A stretch of DNA of 64,000 bases, from assembly GCF_000181795.1 (NCBI RefSeq), contig NW_003526941.1, positions 5,433,053 to 5,497,052 of the forward strand, in the 5' to 3' direction. The notes under the pieces were generated by a model. The model was not told the origin of the DNA, did no database searches, and was given only the letters and a program-made list of their open reading frames with translations. Positions 33,406 through 46,396 of the stretch are shown one piece after another (position 1 is the first letter of the stretch; each line of letters starts with the position of its first letter). The DNA comes from Trichinella spiralis. Lineage: Eukaryota. Made by a program: the position numbers and the translations under genes.

Positions 33406-35906
33406 CGTTTTTTGAACGCTGTCAACACTGTCCAACAACCACTGTTCAGTTTTACCTGTCTTTACTGATAATAGATTGCATCTGGGCATTTTCAGAATGT
33501 AGCAAGGCGAATGTAATTTTCAATTCTTAAAAGAATTAAATCAAGAGCACCTAATCTATGATACCATATACATGATAATTTAATATTAATGCTGCAGTTA
33601 GAATGAAAGCAATGTGGCGCTAATGGCACTGCAACCTTCAACCTAAATTTAACAAAAAAATAAAAGTAAAAAGCAAGGCATATTCATCATGATGCATAGT
33701 TACCATATTCAGTTAGGTTTCAGAATTTGGTTGTTTCATATTCATTGATATGAATATAAAATAATGTAAATTCTAAAAGTGAATTATATTAATGCAGTCA
33801 TCTATAAATAAAAAATAGAAATAGATACTTCTTCGTCTTCAGCATCTGATGTACCTGAAAGTCAGCAATAACAACAATAGAAAAGAAACCCGTCAGTTTC
33901 CATTCACCATATATGTAAAGTAACATGCATAGCATACCACCACCAAAATATCAAATCTAACTTACCATTTATTCATGGATGGTGTTGAAGAGCAGAATTA
34001 TAGTTGACCACGTGCTAGATTGATAGCATTGCAGTGAACTACATAACCTAATAAAATCGATGTGCTTGGTCAATTGTATAAAGTAAATTATGCAAATGAC
34101 TATTTACTTTGCTTCACGAAGAGCAACCTAATTTTCCATCAGTAATAGCGCAGTAAAATGAACATTATGAGCAACATTATGAAACGAGACGATTAAATTT
34201 ATTACGTTTCTATTTACACACTTCATATTACTACGTAATATGGCATTGTTATGCAAATTGTTTTCCCTAAAATTACCTAAAAGGAAATATTATTAACCTG
34301 AAGCATCGCAGATTACTAAAAATAAACGGAAATGCTATCACTGCGTATATATGCATGTTGTGCAATTTAGTTGCTTGAAAGTACAAGGTGATTCAATAAT
34401 TTATATTTTACCAATGTTTTTCATCTAATCAAAATTATGTGGATAATAAAAAATAGCTTCTACTGAAAATAGTTTCCAAAATAAAATACTTTTTCATATT
34501 TATGGAAAATTAAACAGTTGTCATGAAATTTTACGATGATAACTGCGACAGAAATTTTATAATATACAATTTATCTCAGCACAGAATTTAACAAGTACGC
34601 TGCGTAGACATCATGATGGTAAGCGGCTGCACCAGTGGGTATGCCACTTGACAGCTTATTTACTATCAAAAATTTGTTTTGGTGCGCAAACGTGGTTGAG
34701 CACTGCATCAGCGCGCTTCATACAATGTGAGAAAAACCCTAATCGCAGAAACCTACCTGCAGAAATTAAGCAACTGAGCGATTTGCAATGAATTCAAAAA
34801 ACTTACGCGGGTGACAATTCTGTATTGCATTTCATAAAAAGAATAAAACAAAAGAATCAGGAGTAGCCTGGATTTGGTTATGTTGCTAGTCGACAGAAAT
34901 TATGAGAAATTAGATCTATATGAGATAAAAACAGCTAAGTGCTGTTCATTCAACTCGAAATAGGGGGTGGGCAGAATTTCCAGTTTAATGCGATCTCTGT
35001 TCAGCTTAGTATTATTATGAGCTCAATGATGGGGATCATTAGAAAGGAAAGGAGGGCGGNNNNNNNNNNTAGCAACTGCGAAACGTCACTGCACAAAAAC
35101 ACTGTACAATCAAACTGCAATCAGGAGCAAATTCAATACTTACGGATGTTTGTGATGCCTAATTTGTAACCAAATGATGTGAACATGACTTATCACGTTG
35201 CCCAGAGCAAAAAGAACACCATAAAAACTCAGCTGATGACGTAATCTGTAATTACAGAAGTTACCTAATTCTACCTATGTCTAATACGCCTATCGTCTTG
35301 CTATCTAATTAAACAAATTCAACACTTACTGTTACGTTTTTTGAACGCTGTCAACACTGTCCAACAACCACTGTTCAGTTTTACCTGTCTTTACTGATAA
35401 TAGATTGCATCTGGGCATTTTCAGAATGTAGCAAGGCGAATGTAATTTTCAATTCTTAAAAGAATTAAATCAAGAGCACCTAATCTATGATACCATATAC
35501 ATGATAATTTAATATTAATGCTGCAGTTAGAATGAAAGCAATGTGGCGCTAATGGCACTGCAACCTTCAACCTAAATTTAACAAAAAAATAAAAGTAAAA
35601 AGCAAGGCATATTCATCATGATGCATAGTTACCATATTCAGTTAGGTTTCAGAATTTGGTTGTTTCATATTCATTGATATGAATATAAAATAATGTAAAT
35701 TCTAAAAGTGAATTATATTAATGCAGTCATCTATAAATAAAAAATAGAAATAGATACTTCTTCGTCTTCAGCATCTGATGTACCTGAAAGTCAGCAATAA
35801 CAACAATAGAAAAGAAACCCGTCAGTTTCCATTCACCATATATGTAAAGTAACATGCATAGCATACCACCCACCCAAAATATCCAAATCTAACTTACCAT
35901 TTATTC
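33144..35906. repeat. Near-identical direct duplication, 33144-33975 vs 35073-35906, across a 10-N gap
   Basis: Offset 1929 bp. Identical by eye except extra C's at the gap-proximal end, so possibly an assembly overlap. Confidence 0.85.
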
Positions 35907-37802
35907 NNNNNNNNNNNNNNNNNNNNNNNNNNNNNNNNNNNNNNNNNNNNNNNNNNNNNNNNNNNNNNNNNNNNNNNNNNNNNNNNNNNNNNNNNNNNNN
36001 NNNNNNNNNNNNNNNNNNNNNNNNNNNNNNNNNNNNNNNNNNNNNNNNNNNNNNNNNNNNNNNNNNNNNNNNNNNNNNNNNNNNNNNNNNNNNNNNNNNN
36101 NNNNNNNNNNNNNNNNNNNNNNNNNNNNNNNNNNNNNNNNNNNNNNNNNNNNNNNNNNNNNNNNNNNNNNNNNNNNNNNNNNNNNNNNNNNNNNNNNNNN
36201 NNNNNNNNNNNNNNNNNNNNNNNNNNNNNNNNNNNNNNNNNNNNNNNNNNNNNNNNNNNNNNNNNNNNNNNNNNNNNNNNNNNNNNNNNNNNNNNNNNNN
36301 NNNNNNNNNNNNNNNNNNNNNNNNNNNNNNNAAAATAACTCAATGCCATCAATGTTGTCAGTATTGATAAATGAAGCAATGCCTGAATATTATACGTGAA
36401 GATTGAGTGGAAGAACGCATATGGCAACTTCCACCTCCTCCATCCTTTAACCTCTCCCTCATTCCTTCCTGCTATGCTGTCCCGCCCTCCTTTCCTTTCT
36501 AATGATCCCCATCATTGAGCTCATAATAATACTAAGCTGAACAGAGATCGCATTAAACTGGAAATTCTGCCCACCCCCTATTTCGAGTTGAATGAACAGC
36601 ATTTAGCTGTTTTTATCTCATATAAATCTAATTTCTCATAATTTCTGTCGACTAGCAACATAACCAAATCCAGGCTACTCCTGATTCTTTTGTTTTATTC
36701 TTTTTATGAAATGCAATACAGAATTGTCACCCGCGTAAGTTTTTTGAATTCATTGCAAATCGCTCAGTTGCTTAATTTCTGCAGGTAAGTTTCTGCGATT
36801 AGGGTTTTTCTCACATTGTATGAAGCGCGCTGATGCAGTGCTCAACCACGTTTGCGCACCAAAACAAAATTTTAATAGTAAATAAGCTGTCAAGTGGCAT
36901 ACCCACTGGTGCAGCCGCTTACCATCATGATGTCTACGCAGCGTACTTGTTAAATTCTGTGCTGAGATAAATTGTATATTATAAAATTTCTGTCGCAGTT
37001 ATCATCGTAAAATTTCATGACAACTGTTTAATTTTCCATAAATCTGAAAACGTATTTTATTTTCGAAACTATTTTCAGTGGAAGCTATTTTTTATTATCC
37101 ATATGATTTTGATTAGATATAAAACATTGATAGAATATAAATTACTGAATCACCTTGTACTTTCAAGAAACTAAATTACACAACATGCATAAATACGCAG
37201 TGATAGCATTTCCGTTTATTTTTAGTAATTTGCGATGCTTCATGTTAATAAGTTTACGTTTTAGGTAATTTTAGGGAAAAAATTTGCATAACAATGCAAT
37301 ATTACGTAGTTATAGGAAGTGTGTAAATAAAAACGTAATAAATTTCATCGTCTCGTTTCATAATGTTGCTCATAATGTTCATTTTACTGCGCTATTACTG
37401 ATGGAAAATTAGGTTGCTCTTCGTGAAGCAAAGTAAATAGTCATTTGCATAATTTACTTATTATACAATTGACCAAGCACTTCGATTTTATTAGGTTATG
37501 CAGTTCACTGCAATGCTATCAATCCAGCACGTGGTCAACTATAATTCCGCTCTTCAACACCATCCATGAATAACTGGTAAGTTGGATTTGATATTTTGGT
37601 GGTGGTATGCTATGCATGTTACTTTACATATATGGTGAATGGAAACTGACGGGTTTCTTTTCTATTGTTGTTATTGCTGACTTTCAGGTACATCAGATGC
37701 TGAAGACGAAGAAGTATCTATTTCTTTTTTTTATTTATAGATGACTGCATTAATATAATTCACTTTTAGAATTTACATTATTGTATTTTCATATCAATGA
37801 AT
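33740..37802. repeat. ~1.3-kb diverged inverted repeat (33740-35059 vs 36482-37802)
   Basis: 36482 CCGCCCTCCTTTCCTTTCTAATGATCCCC is the reverse complement of 35031-35059 and stays collinear to ~37802, with scattered substitutions. Confidence 0.92.
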
Positions 37803-39806
37803 GTAAAAAATCTTATCATGAGAACATGATGCCACTATGCATTGTCATTATTTTCATTTTCTGTTGATTTGCAATCTTGTTTATTCCCGTGAAATTTCAA
37901 TAAAAATGATGGCCAACAAGCAGCTGCGCAAAAATGATTATTTGCGAGATATTTGGATTGTAAGTTAGCAACGCCATCAGCAGCACGTCTGTTATTGTAT
38001 TCGTACGTGCAACGTAAAGTAAGTAATATTGTAAATTGGTTGCCTTTGTTTTTAGTAAATTTGAAATTTGAATTTTACATTAGAAATTTATAAAATTTAT
38101 TCCTTTTTCTCTCTCCTATTTATAAAATGGATAGGTGAAAAGAGTAGATGTAGGTACAAGGGTGTAGGTAAAAAATATTCTGTTTATATGACAAATTACT
38201 TATTAAATAATTTCAACTTTCTTTTTTTGCTGAATTGTCTTCATTGATATATCATCAAGTACGTAATGCAACTATATTTATTTCTGTTCTATATATTACG
38301 TTGCGTGCGCTTTATGTGAACTCAGGTTAGCGGTTGAAATGATACTTATGTGAAACAGCCATATTATAAAAAGTGATTGAAGCCGAATAACAGTGCATCA
38401 CGATGTTACTTGAATTTCATTCATTTTGTAATCCAATGTTTTATTTCTCTGTGTTATTTAGTTTCTATTTTTTAGTTTGACTATTGCTCTGTTCATGTTT
38501 CTACCGTGATCAGTCATGTGTTTCAACAGTTCCGCTTTCTGGTTTTCTTCATCGTCACAGTAAGAATGAATTTTATGCACTTTGTTATAGCAATGGGTTG
38601 TGTCAGTGCAGTGGAACTATTTCTATAAACTTGAATATCTTTCTCTAATGGTGGTTCAGGTTTCCCTGAATGGATTGAAAAGATGTACAAAAATCTGTAA
38701 GTAATTGAGTATCTATAATCTGTTACTATTATTAATGTCTTCTAATTCTACTTATCTGATCCTGTATGCTTCTTGTTATCGAATTAAATAGTGTACGTCA
38801 ACATAATTGAACGTTTTGGAATTCCTGTTGCTCTTGCCATCATGGTATGTCACCTTTACTTCAATGCGTTCTAAATGTGCCATCACAAAAATAAAGTACA
38901 CATTTTGCCCATTATAGGAATGGATTACATCANNNNNNNNNNNNNNNNNNNNNNNNNNNNNNNNNNNNNNNNNNNNNNNNNNNNNNNNNNNNNNNNNNNN
39001 NNNNNNNNNNNNNNNNNNNNNTTTTTCACTTAAATTAGGCTTCATTTTGAGCTACTGGTTGTTCTGACTTTAGGAAAATTTTCAGACATACGTAGGTGTG
39101 GTTTTGTCTAAGTGAATTTTGTTTTGTTATGGCGTTTTTTGTCAGATAGGTTTATATATTGACTGAAATTTTAAATGTCAAGGTCATTTTGAATTTTCAA
39201 ATAGTCCTTTCCTTATTGATAGAATTTCGTAGTGCATTTCTTCTGCTCATATTATGGCTTAGGTTAGACTTTATCTTCAGCCAAAAGTTCTAACGCACTA
39301 AAAACCGATTTCTAACGCTGCATTATGCAAATAACTATGGCTATAACGCTGCCTTATCATCAGTAAGGGTGGGTTTGTTTGTTTAATTTACGTGGCAATT
39401 GGTAGCATTATTGAACGTTCTCTCAGTTCATTACGGGCGTTGAGTAGCTGCTGAAGTCGGTTTCAGAATTACTAACAAGTATTCCATTTTTCTGCTTTTT
39501 ATTTTTTCAAAACTTTGTATATTTATTTCGTAAACGATTCCTTTTTAATTAAATAGCAGTTAATTATTATATTTGTTATAATTCTACATTGTGATAAAGT
39601 GAGGACAGTTTTGATTTAATATCATTATTACACGTTTAAAGAATGGAACAAAGAAAATGTGAAACTTCATCTTCAGAAAGATTGAAAGTTACTTAAGTTT
39701 ATTATCACATTCTATTATTTTTTTTCAAATTTCGCATAATCATTGACATTTGGTAAATTATATTTTCTATTGATTAACTTGTTAATTATTTTAAAGCCTA
39801 GGCTTT

Positions 39807-39868
39807 CCGCGCTGAAGACGCGGGTGAGACTTAGTTGTTTTACCTGCCTCAGATGTGCGGGGAGTTTA
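39807..39868 (+). mobile_element. Helitron-like 3' terminus motif(s)
   Basis: GC hairpin CCGCG-ctgaaga-CGCGG followed by GTGAGAC-TTAG|T. A second degenerate CCTGC..GCGGG-GAGT-TTAG|T follows immediately. The terminal tetranucleotide is TTAG, not the canonical CTRR. Confidence 0.35.
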
Positions 39869-39876
39869 GTGCTTTT

Positions 39877-41527
39877 TTCTTTTTTTCTTTTCAAAATGGT
39901 TGATCAAAGTCTGATTGAAATATTCACGAAACAATCAGTTCCTTTAAATTAATGAATGAATTTTGCTAAATATTGCGACATATTATTATCGTGCCAGTGC
40001 AGCCCCATTTACGTAAGACACAATTTTATACTTCTTTAATTCACGCCATAATATTATTTGTGATAGATAGTGGCTTTGATCTGTAACGTGTTCAGGATTT
40101 TGCTGTTGTTCAGTAATTATTATAATCTTTGGTGTTGGCTCCTTACATTGTTATTATACGTTTTCAAAGCATACATGCATTTCTAGGTCAGAAGAGTAAC
40201 TTTATGCAAATATGATGGTAAGCACTGCCGTTGGCATTCTGCTACGTGCACTTTGTGCTATTCAAATTCGGTAGCAATGTTCCTTATATAAATTTCTGTT
40301 TATTGAGAGACCTGCATTATAGTATAAATGTTCGCTGCTGAAGGGCGGTCCAATTACTTATTCCATTGCGTTATTTGGTCATTTCGATGCTTCACTGCAA
40401 CAGTTACGTTCTGATTGTTCGACTAAAAATATGGAGAAACCACGAACATCGAAATGTATGATTCTACGTTTGCCTTATACGTCATCCCTGACAGGTTTCC
40501 TGACAGGTATGAATTTTCATATATTTGCTATTTTTTCAAACAATGTTTTCTTTCTTTCTCTTGGCACACTCCACTAAACGTGCGCGCTTTTTAAGCTTTT
40601 CGTAGTTGTTTGATTTTAGTCTTTTTTAATGGAAACTAGCGTGTTGTTCTTCAGTAATGATGTTCAAATAATATTCGAGAATTTATTACGGCCAAGCCAA
40701 TATATAATAGTACTAATGGTATATTTTGCTATAAATTTCAATCGTCCATACAAATCCATTTGTAAAGTAGTAATCTCACATAGCAGTTGAACCCCTCCCG
40801 CATTATCTTTACTCTCCACTCCAAAGTTAATTACTAATGTAACATACTTGCCCAATTGTTTAAAGGAAATGTCTGTCACCGGGATACTGCAGTCGCACAG
40901 TCGCACCCCTAAATGCTTGTCACTGCTCAAATCGTGCACAAGATTGTTGGGGGGGGAGATAGGAAAGCTGCTGTTATTTTGAGAACACACTTTTATGCTA
41001 CCACCTTTGATANNNNNNNNNNTTCTTTTTTTCTTTTCAAAATGGTTGATCAAAGTCTGATTGAAATATTCACGAAACAATCAGTTCCTTTAAATTAATG
41101 AATGAATTTTGCTAAATATTGCGACATATTATTATCGTGCCAGTGCAGCCCCATTTACGTAAGACACAATTTTATACTTCTTTAATTCACGCCATAATAT
41201 TATTTGTGATAGATAGTGGCTTTGATCTGTAACGTGTTCAGGATTTTGCTGTTGTTCAGTAATTATTATAATCTTTGGCGTTGGCTCCTTACATTGTTAT
41301 TTATACGTTTTCAAAGCATACCTGCATTTCTAGGTCAGAAGAGTAACCTTTATGCAATATATGATGGTAAGCCACTGCCGTTGGCATTCTGCTACGTTGC
41401 ACTTTTGTGCTTATTCAAATTTCCGGTAGCAATGTTCCTTATATAAATTTTCTGGTTAATTCGAAAGACCTGCATTAATAGTATACATTGTTCCGCTCCT
41501 GATGGCGGTCCCAATTACTTAATTCCA
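39877..41527. repeat. Direct duplication ~39877-40365 vs 41023-41527 between two 10-N gaps
   Basis: TTCTTTTTTTCTTTTCAAAATGGTTGATCAAAG.. occurs twice; the copies diverge progressively by single-base indels toward their right ends, like read-tail errors. Confidence 0.85.
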
Positions 41528-41810
41528 NNNNNNNNNNTCGAACTTCAGATTGGTGAAGATGGGATGCACCGACAGACGAAGCAGAAGAAGCACAAAGACT
41601 CTTCAAAATAAAATTCTGGATTATTCAGATCAAAACAATGATCGAAAGTGGCACTGCACTGCAGGCATGGTATCGCAGTAGTAAGAAATAGTAAGAAATA
41701 TATTCGTTGTAAAATAGCTAGCTGATATCAGAAGATTATCAGAAGATGGTATTGTTGGAAGACTAACTCTGACATTATATTCATATATGTAAGGAGTGGT
41801 GAGTGACCAG

Positions 41811-42329
41811 TCCAGGACGATTCATTCTGAACGATGGAACATCAATTTTTTCAACCATACCACTTTTGTCCACTTCAACATGCTGTGCAAGCATGTACGG
41901 TGTATTTGCAATTTAGATAAAACGAGAAGCGGAAAACATTGGTTGAAAAAGTTATTTCAATGAAAGAACAGTTTGTCTGAAGCAGAAAACCACAGTAACA
42001 CAGTCCCTGACGTTCCATGTAACGGTAGAGAAGCAACGTGCCAAGGATTGTCGTAAGCAGAAGCCAAAGAATCAGCGAAGTCAAGCAGACCAAGTAGAGA
42101 ATTCTGGCTTCGACGCCAAGCCCATGTAACGGCTCACCAGAAATTGGATGATTCAAATTTGCCGACGGTGGCATTTCCGCGTTGAAAGTGCCGTCAGTCT
42201 GGAAAAACAACATCCTAAAGAATTAAGAATTAAAAAATGAAATTTATTATTGGAGCAATGCCGCCATTCACTTACGCTTTCCAACGGTGCCTTTTTACTT
42301 TGATCTTCAACTTTTGTGGGAATGGTCAT
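41811..42329 (-). pseudogene. ITM2/BRI (BRICHOS) family type II membrane protein; 5' part only, apparently disrupted or truncated
   Basis: MTIPTKVEDQSKKAPLES|TDGTF..., TM helix ILYLVCLTSLILWLLLTTILGTLLLYRY..CYCG, then in another frame HVEVDKSGMVEKIDVPSFRMNRPG (ITM2-like E-x-I-x-VP-x-F). The expected HDF and BRICHOS domain do not follow. Confidence 0.55.
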
Positions 42330-42947
42330 GATTTCGTACCAACAACAATCTGGACGCTAAAGAATAATTCACAATTATATATATATATATTAATTTTTGA
42401 ATAGAACAACATCAAGGCGAAAAGTAAATTTTTGGAAAGCGAGACAGCGAGCAAAAATAAGTGGAAATGAAAATGGAAATTTTTTCAAGCTTCACTTGTT
42501 GTTGTTGTTCATTGTTTCTTCAGCTTGACTGCAATAATATATCAATCGGTTTCCATAAAACAACGAACGCGCAACTGAGAGAGCATTTCAAGCTCGACAA
42601 AATCGGTCACATGATGTCCTTGCAAAATTTCAAGCGAAACTGAACAGAAACCGCAACATGAAACGCAAATGCTCATCAACGCTTCTCAGCGAAAATGCTA
42701 ACTACAGTAATTAACTAACAGCAAAAAACAATATGACGAAGCGAAGAAAATATACAACAACAACAACAACACAGAAAGACTACATGTATTCAATTCATTC
42801 GTCGTCAAACAAAAACGATATTGAAGTGAAGATGAAAAAATATTTTACCATCAAAAACCGTCAAAAATTAACAAAAGGTTACTGAAAAAAGGCAATGAAC
42901 TACATCATTGCTGAATGGCTTGCTACTGATCAAAATANNNNNNNNNN

Positions 42948-45900
42948 GTTCCAAAAAGATCTCCTCCTAATTCGGGTCACTGGTCCACATTCACTTCAAA
43001 AAAGGAAATCAAGCATAAGCAGAATATTCCTTTTTTTTGGAATAAATAAATTCACCGGCAATTTCACGGCATTCGGCATTAATTCCTTGGCAGTAGCCTG
43101 GGTTGGATATTTTGGAGGAAGCGTTCCAGGAAAATATTTCAATGCCCTTTCAAAGTCCAAGGATACCAGTTCTTTTTTGGAAGCCTGGAAAAGGAAGGAA
43201 TATTAAAAAAATTCCACCAAATTCATCACTTCGGAGTTACTACAAAGAAACTTACTTTCAGCAAGGCCAGGGCAATGTGAAAAAATTGTATTCATACCCT
43301 GTAATAACCATTTTAAAAATAGTAAATAAACTGAAATCAATTTGCTGAAAATTCTCTACCTCCAACAGAAATAAATCAATTATATGAAATACCATGGACA
43401 GGGGAAATTTGGCAGTGAATAAAGTGAGAAACCACTGCGAAGCGAACATGTGGGTTTCGATGTGAATTTCTTGAAAATGCTCGCTCAAATCAGGCAAATA
43501 GTCCTAAAATTTTGCATAGTAGATTGAAACAAAACACAGCAAACCTTTTCCGCAACAACGCACTTGCATAAGCCGAGTAAGCTGATAGAAGCGCAGATGG
43601 AGCGTCTCAAATCCTTGCTTAAACAAGTCGCGCAGACGGTAGTGATACATGATGCGCACCAGTACGCAAAACGCCTCCGCTTCGGACATCTGAAATATTT
43701 TACACCAAATTGACATTCTCTTCAATTTTGTTGTTTGAAAAAACTATATAATAATAAATTGCATACATGCAACAGAAGTGAAGCGGCAAGAAATGACAAG
43801 CCTTGACAATAGCCGACTTCTTCATCGTAGACAGCATAAGCCTAAAAAATTTGAAAATTTTTCATTCGATTGAAACAAGAAAAATGATAAAGCAATTGAA
43901 TTTCTCACTTTGCTAATTTTGTACAGTGCATCTTGACCCAAGCCACCAACTTGTTTGAAGTAATCATGCGCTGGAAAAGTTCTGTGAATATCTCTCACAA
44001 TCACTTGTTCATTGGGACATTCCTAGAAAAGATATATGTATTTCTTTTTTAAAAAAATTAATAATGAAATATAATCAATTCGATTGACTTTTGTTAACAA
44101 TTGCGGGTAAGATTCCGACAGTTCAGGCTGTTGGAAACAGCCGGCAAGCATTTGCCAAACTTCACCACGAAGTGGATCAGGAACCCCGTCGCAGATCAAC
44201 TGCGTCAACTGATCCGGCCGTTGGTTCAGATCTTCTTTCCACAATGTCAAGCACTGATTCCATTCAGCAAGGACAGCCGCACTGTATTCTTGTTTCACTT
44301 CACCCGAACCGCTCAACAACGGTTCATCACTATCTGTTGCAATTGAATTATAAAATTCAATATTGAAGTTATTAAAATTTACCGGATTCATTTTCGTCGT
44401 GTGGAGCGATCAAATTGGACAACATCCCTTTGGAACAGCGTCGAACCGACGACGGTGAAAGCAGACGTTGCCTCTGTGAATATGATTCGAAACAAATATC
44501 TTGCGGATCTAATGCCACTGCTTCATTGCCGTTCGGACACTGAACACGACAATAACAGATTTATAATTCAGTTTTTTTTAATTATTCAAATTTTGTAAAA
44601 ATTAAATTTCATCCTCACAACAAATGTTTACTCTATCACCAAACGCTACATATTCATTGTTGTTATATATAACTGTACTTGAGTTTCATATTACAAAAAA
44701 AACGAAAGTATCAGTTTCGATGCAAAATGGTGCGACTGAATAAACATATAAATTACTGAATAAAAAATTCCAATTGCATACTTACCAGTCGAACTTTCAA
44801 ATAATACCTCTCACAAACATCCCGATGTTTCCAAGACCAAAATCGTTCGTTTTCGTCGAAAATTCTCACACGACAATCGACAACAAAACGCAACGGCTCT
44901 GGAATTGTACAGAAAACAATATCCGTGGCAACAGTCATATAAACCCTGGTTTCTGAAAAGAATCTGATTAGTCAGTTAATTAATTAATTAATTAATTTTC
45001 TTTTCAAAATACCTCGAGGTGTTTCAGTGTTGAGAACATCAAAATGTGGAGACAAAGGATCCCAAACTGCACTGATTAAATAACCACCATTTTCTTTCGT
45101 TCGCATCGATTGCTTGAAAAGTTAATTAATTAAATTTTATATTTTGAAAAAACAAAAATTATAATTCGGAAATATTTACAACGTCAAGAAGTTGCATATC
45201 CACATGCTTGACGTTCCGTCCCGCAGCTAGCAGCAATCCAAAACACCTGAAACACACAGTAATAATTGGACATTAAACTGCAAGCTTGTTTGTTTGTTTG
45301 TTGCATCAGCAAATTGGATCACTTCTTCACTACTAGACGATAAGGTCCAGAAACTTGGTTTATCAACAAAGAGATGTGCTTTTCACGTCCACGTCGAAGC
45401 TTGAAGCAAGTTTTCTCCTGCGGAGATGGCACCAACTGTCCTTTGTCATCCCTTTCCTGATTTGAATATTAATAATTGAATTCAATTCAATTTAAAACAC
45501 CAACAACAACATACCATAATATTTAAATGACCTTCCAATTCAAAAGATAATACTCCACTGCAATTGCCGGCAACAAATGTATTCAAATGAGGAGATGCAC
45601 CGTTGTTCGCGTTGTCAAAAATTCTCGCAAATTCTCCCATAACACGTTCAATCTAACCTTTGAAAAATAATATCATTACCAGGAAAACAACAACAACAAA
45701 ATAATAATAGTAATAATAAGCTTACAGTTGCCCTATCAGGTGCGCACAAAACGTGGCACTGATCCGATGATTCGTCAACAACTGACGCTGGCGAACGAAA
45801 CGTAAAAGCCAAAAAACAGCGTTTCTGTTCCGACATTTTGGTGCAAAATAAAATCCGACAAACCGGAAAATCATCAACCAAATTTCCATCATTATCAAAA

Positions 45901-46396
45901 AACCTAAAACAAACAAATAAAAAAAATTTCTGAAATAAATAACAACTATAAAGTAAACAAATTTACTGAACAGATTGCTGGCAAGTGCTCGGCATGCGTA
46001 CGGTCACAACCTGTGCTTGTAAGTCATCTTTGGCGCCAAGTAGTCGCACTATTTCGCGGATCAGAAATTCATTTTTCGGTTCAACTATATTTGAGCATCC
46101 ATAATAAGTGAGCTGAACAAACAAAATATTAAATGCACGCAATTATTCTTTCAATACAATTATTATTATTCACTTACAGTTTCTTTGAATTCCTGATGAT
46201 TTTGTTCATTGAAATTGCCTGATGACACAGCTAATAATACAATTAAAATATAAATGAAATATAAATGATCATTTCAATTCAAATTAATAAATTGAAAAGC
46301 TTTAAATTTTCATGCTTCACAGCTTCTTACTAATGTAAAAAAAACTTAAATAAAATATTTTTACATTATAAAATTTACCATACCAACTGAGTCCAT
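42948..46396 (-). CDS. RABGAP1: Rab GTPase-activating protein RABGAP1/tbc-11 (PTB + DUF3694-like + TBC); 3' end missing at gap
   Basis: PTB start LTYYGCSNIVEPKNE; CFGLLLAAGRNVKHVDMQLL; DEPLLSGSGEV; GVPDPLRGEVWQMLAG; IVRDIHRTFPAHDYF; VGYCQGLSF; HMFASQWFLTLFTAKFPL. ATG inferred at 46396. Confidence 0.92.

Noticed and set aside
33561..33582. miR-228/183-like seed AATGGCACTGCA
   Set aside because: Only the 5' part matches, no hairpin partner is visible, and it lies inside a repeat.
35073..35906. Recent segmental duplication
   Set aside because: Essentially identical to 33144-33975 and bounded by gaps; most likely an unmerged contig overlap, though a real tandem array is not excluded.
41023..41527. 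Second recent duplication
   Set aside because: A short contig between two 10-N gaps that duplicates ~39877-40365 with read-tail-type indels.
42948..43300. Apparent frameshift and odd substitutions in the RABGAP1 3' exons (pseudogene or recoding)
   Set aside because: Errors increase toward the gap (doubled bases, R-to-P changes), as expected for a low-quality read tail; the missing C-terminus is probably inside the gap.
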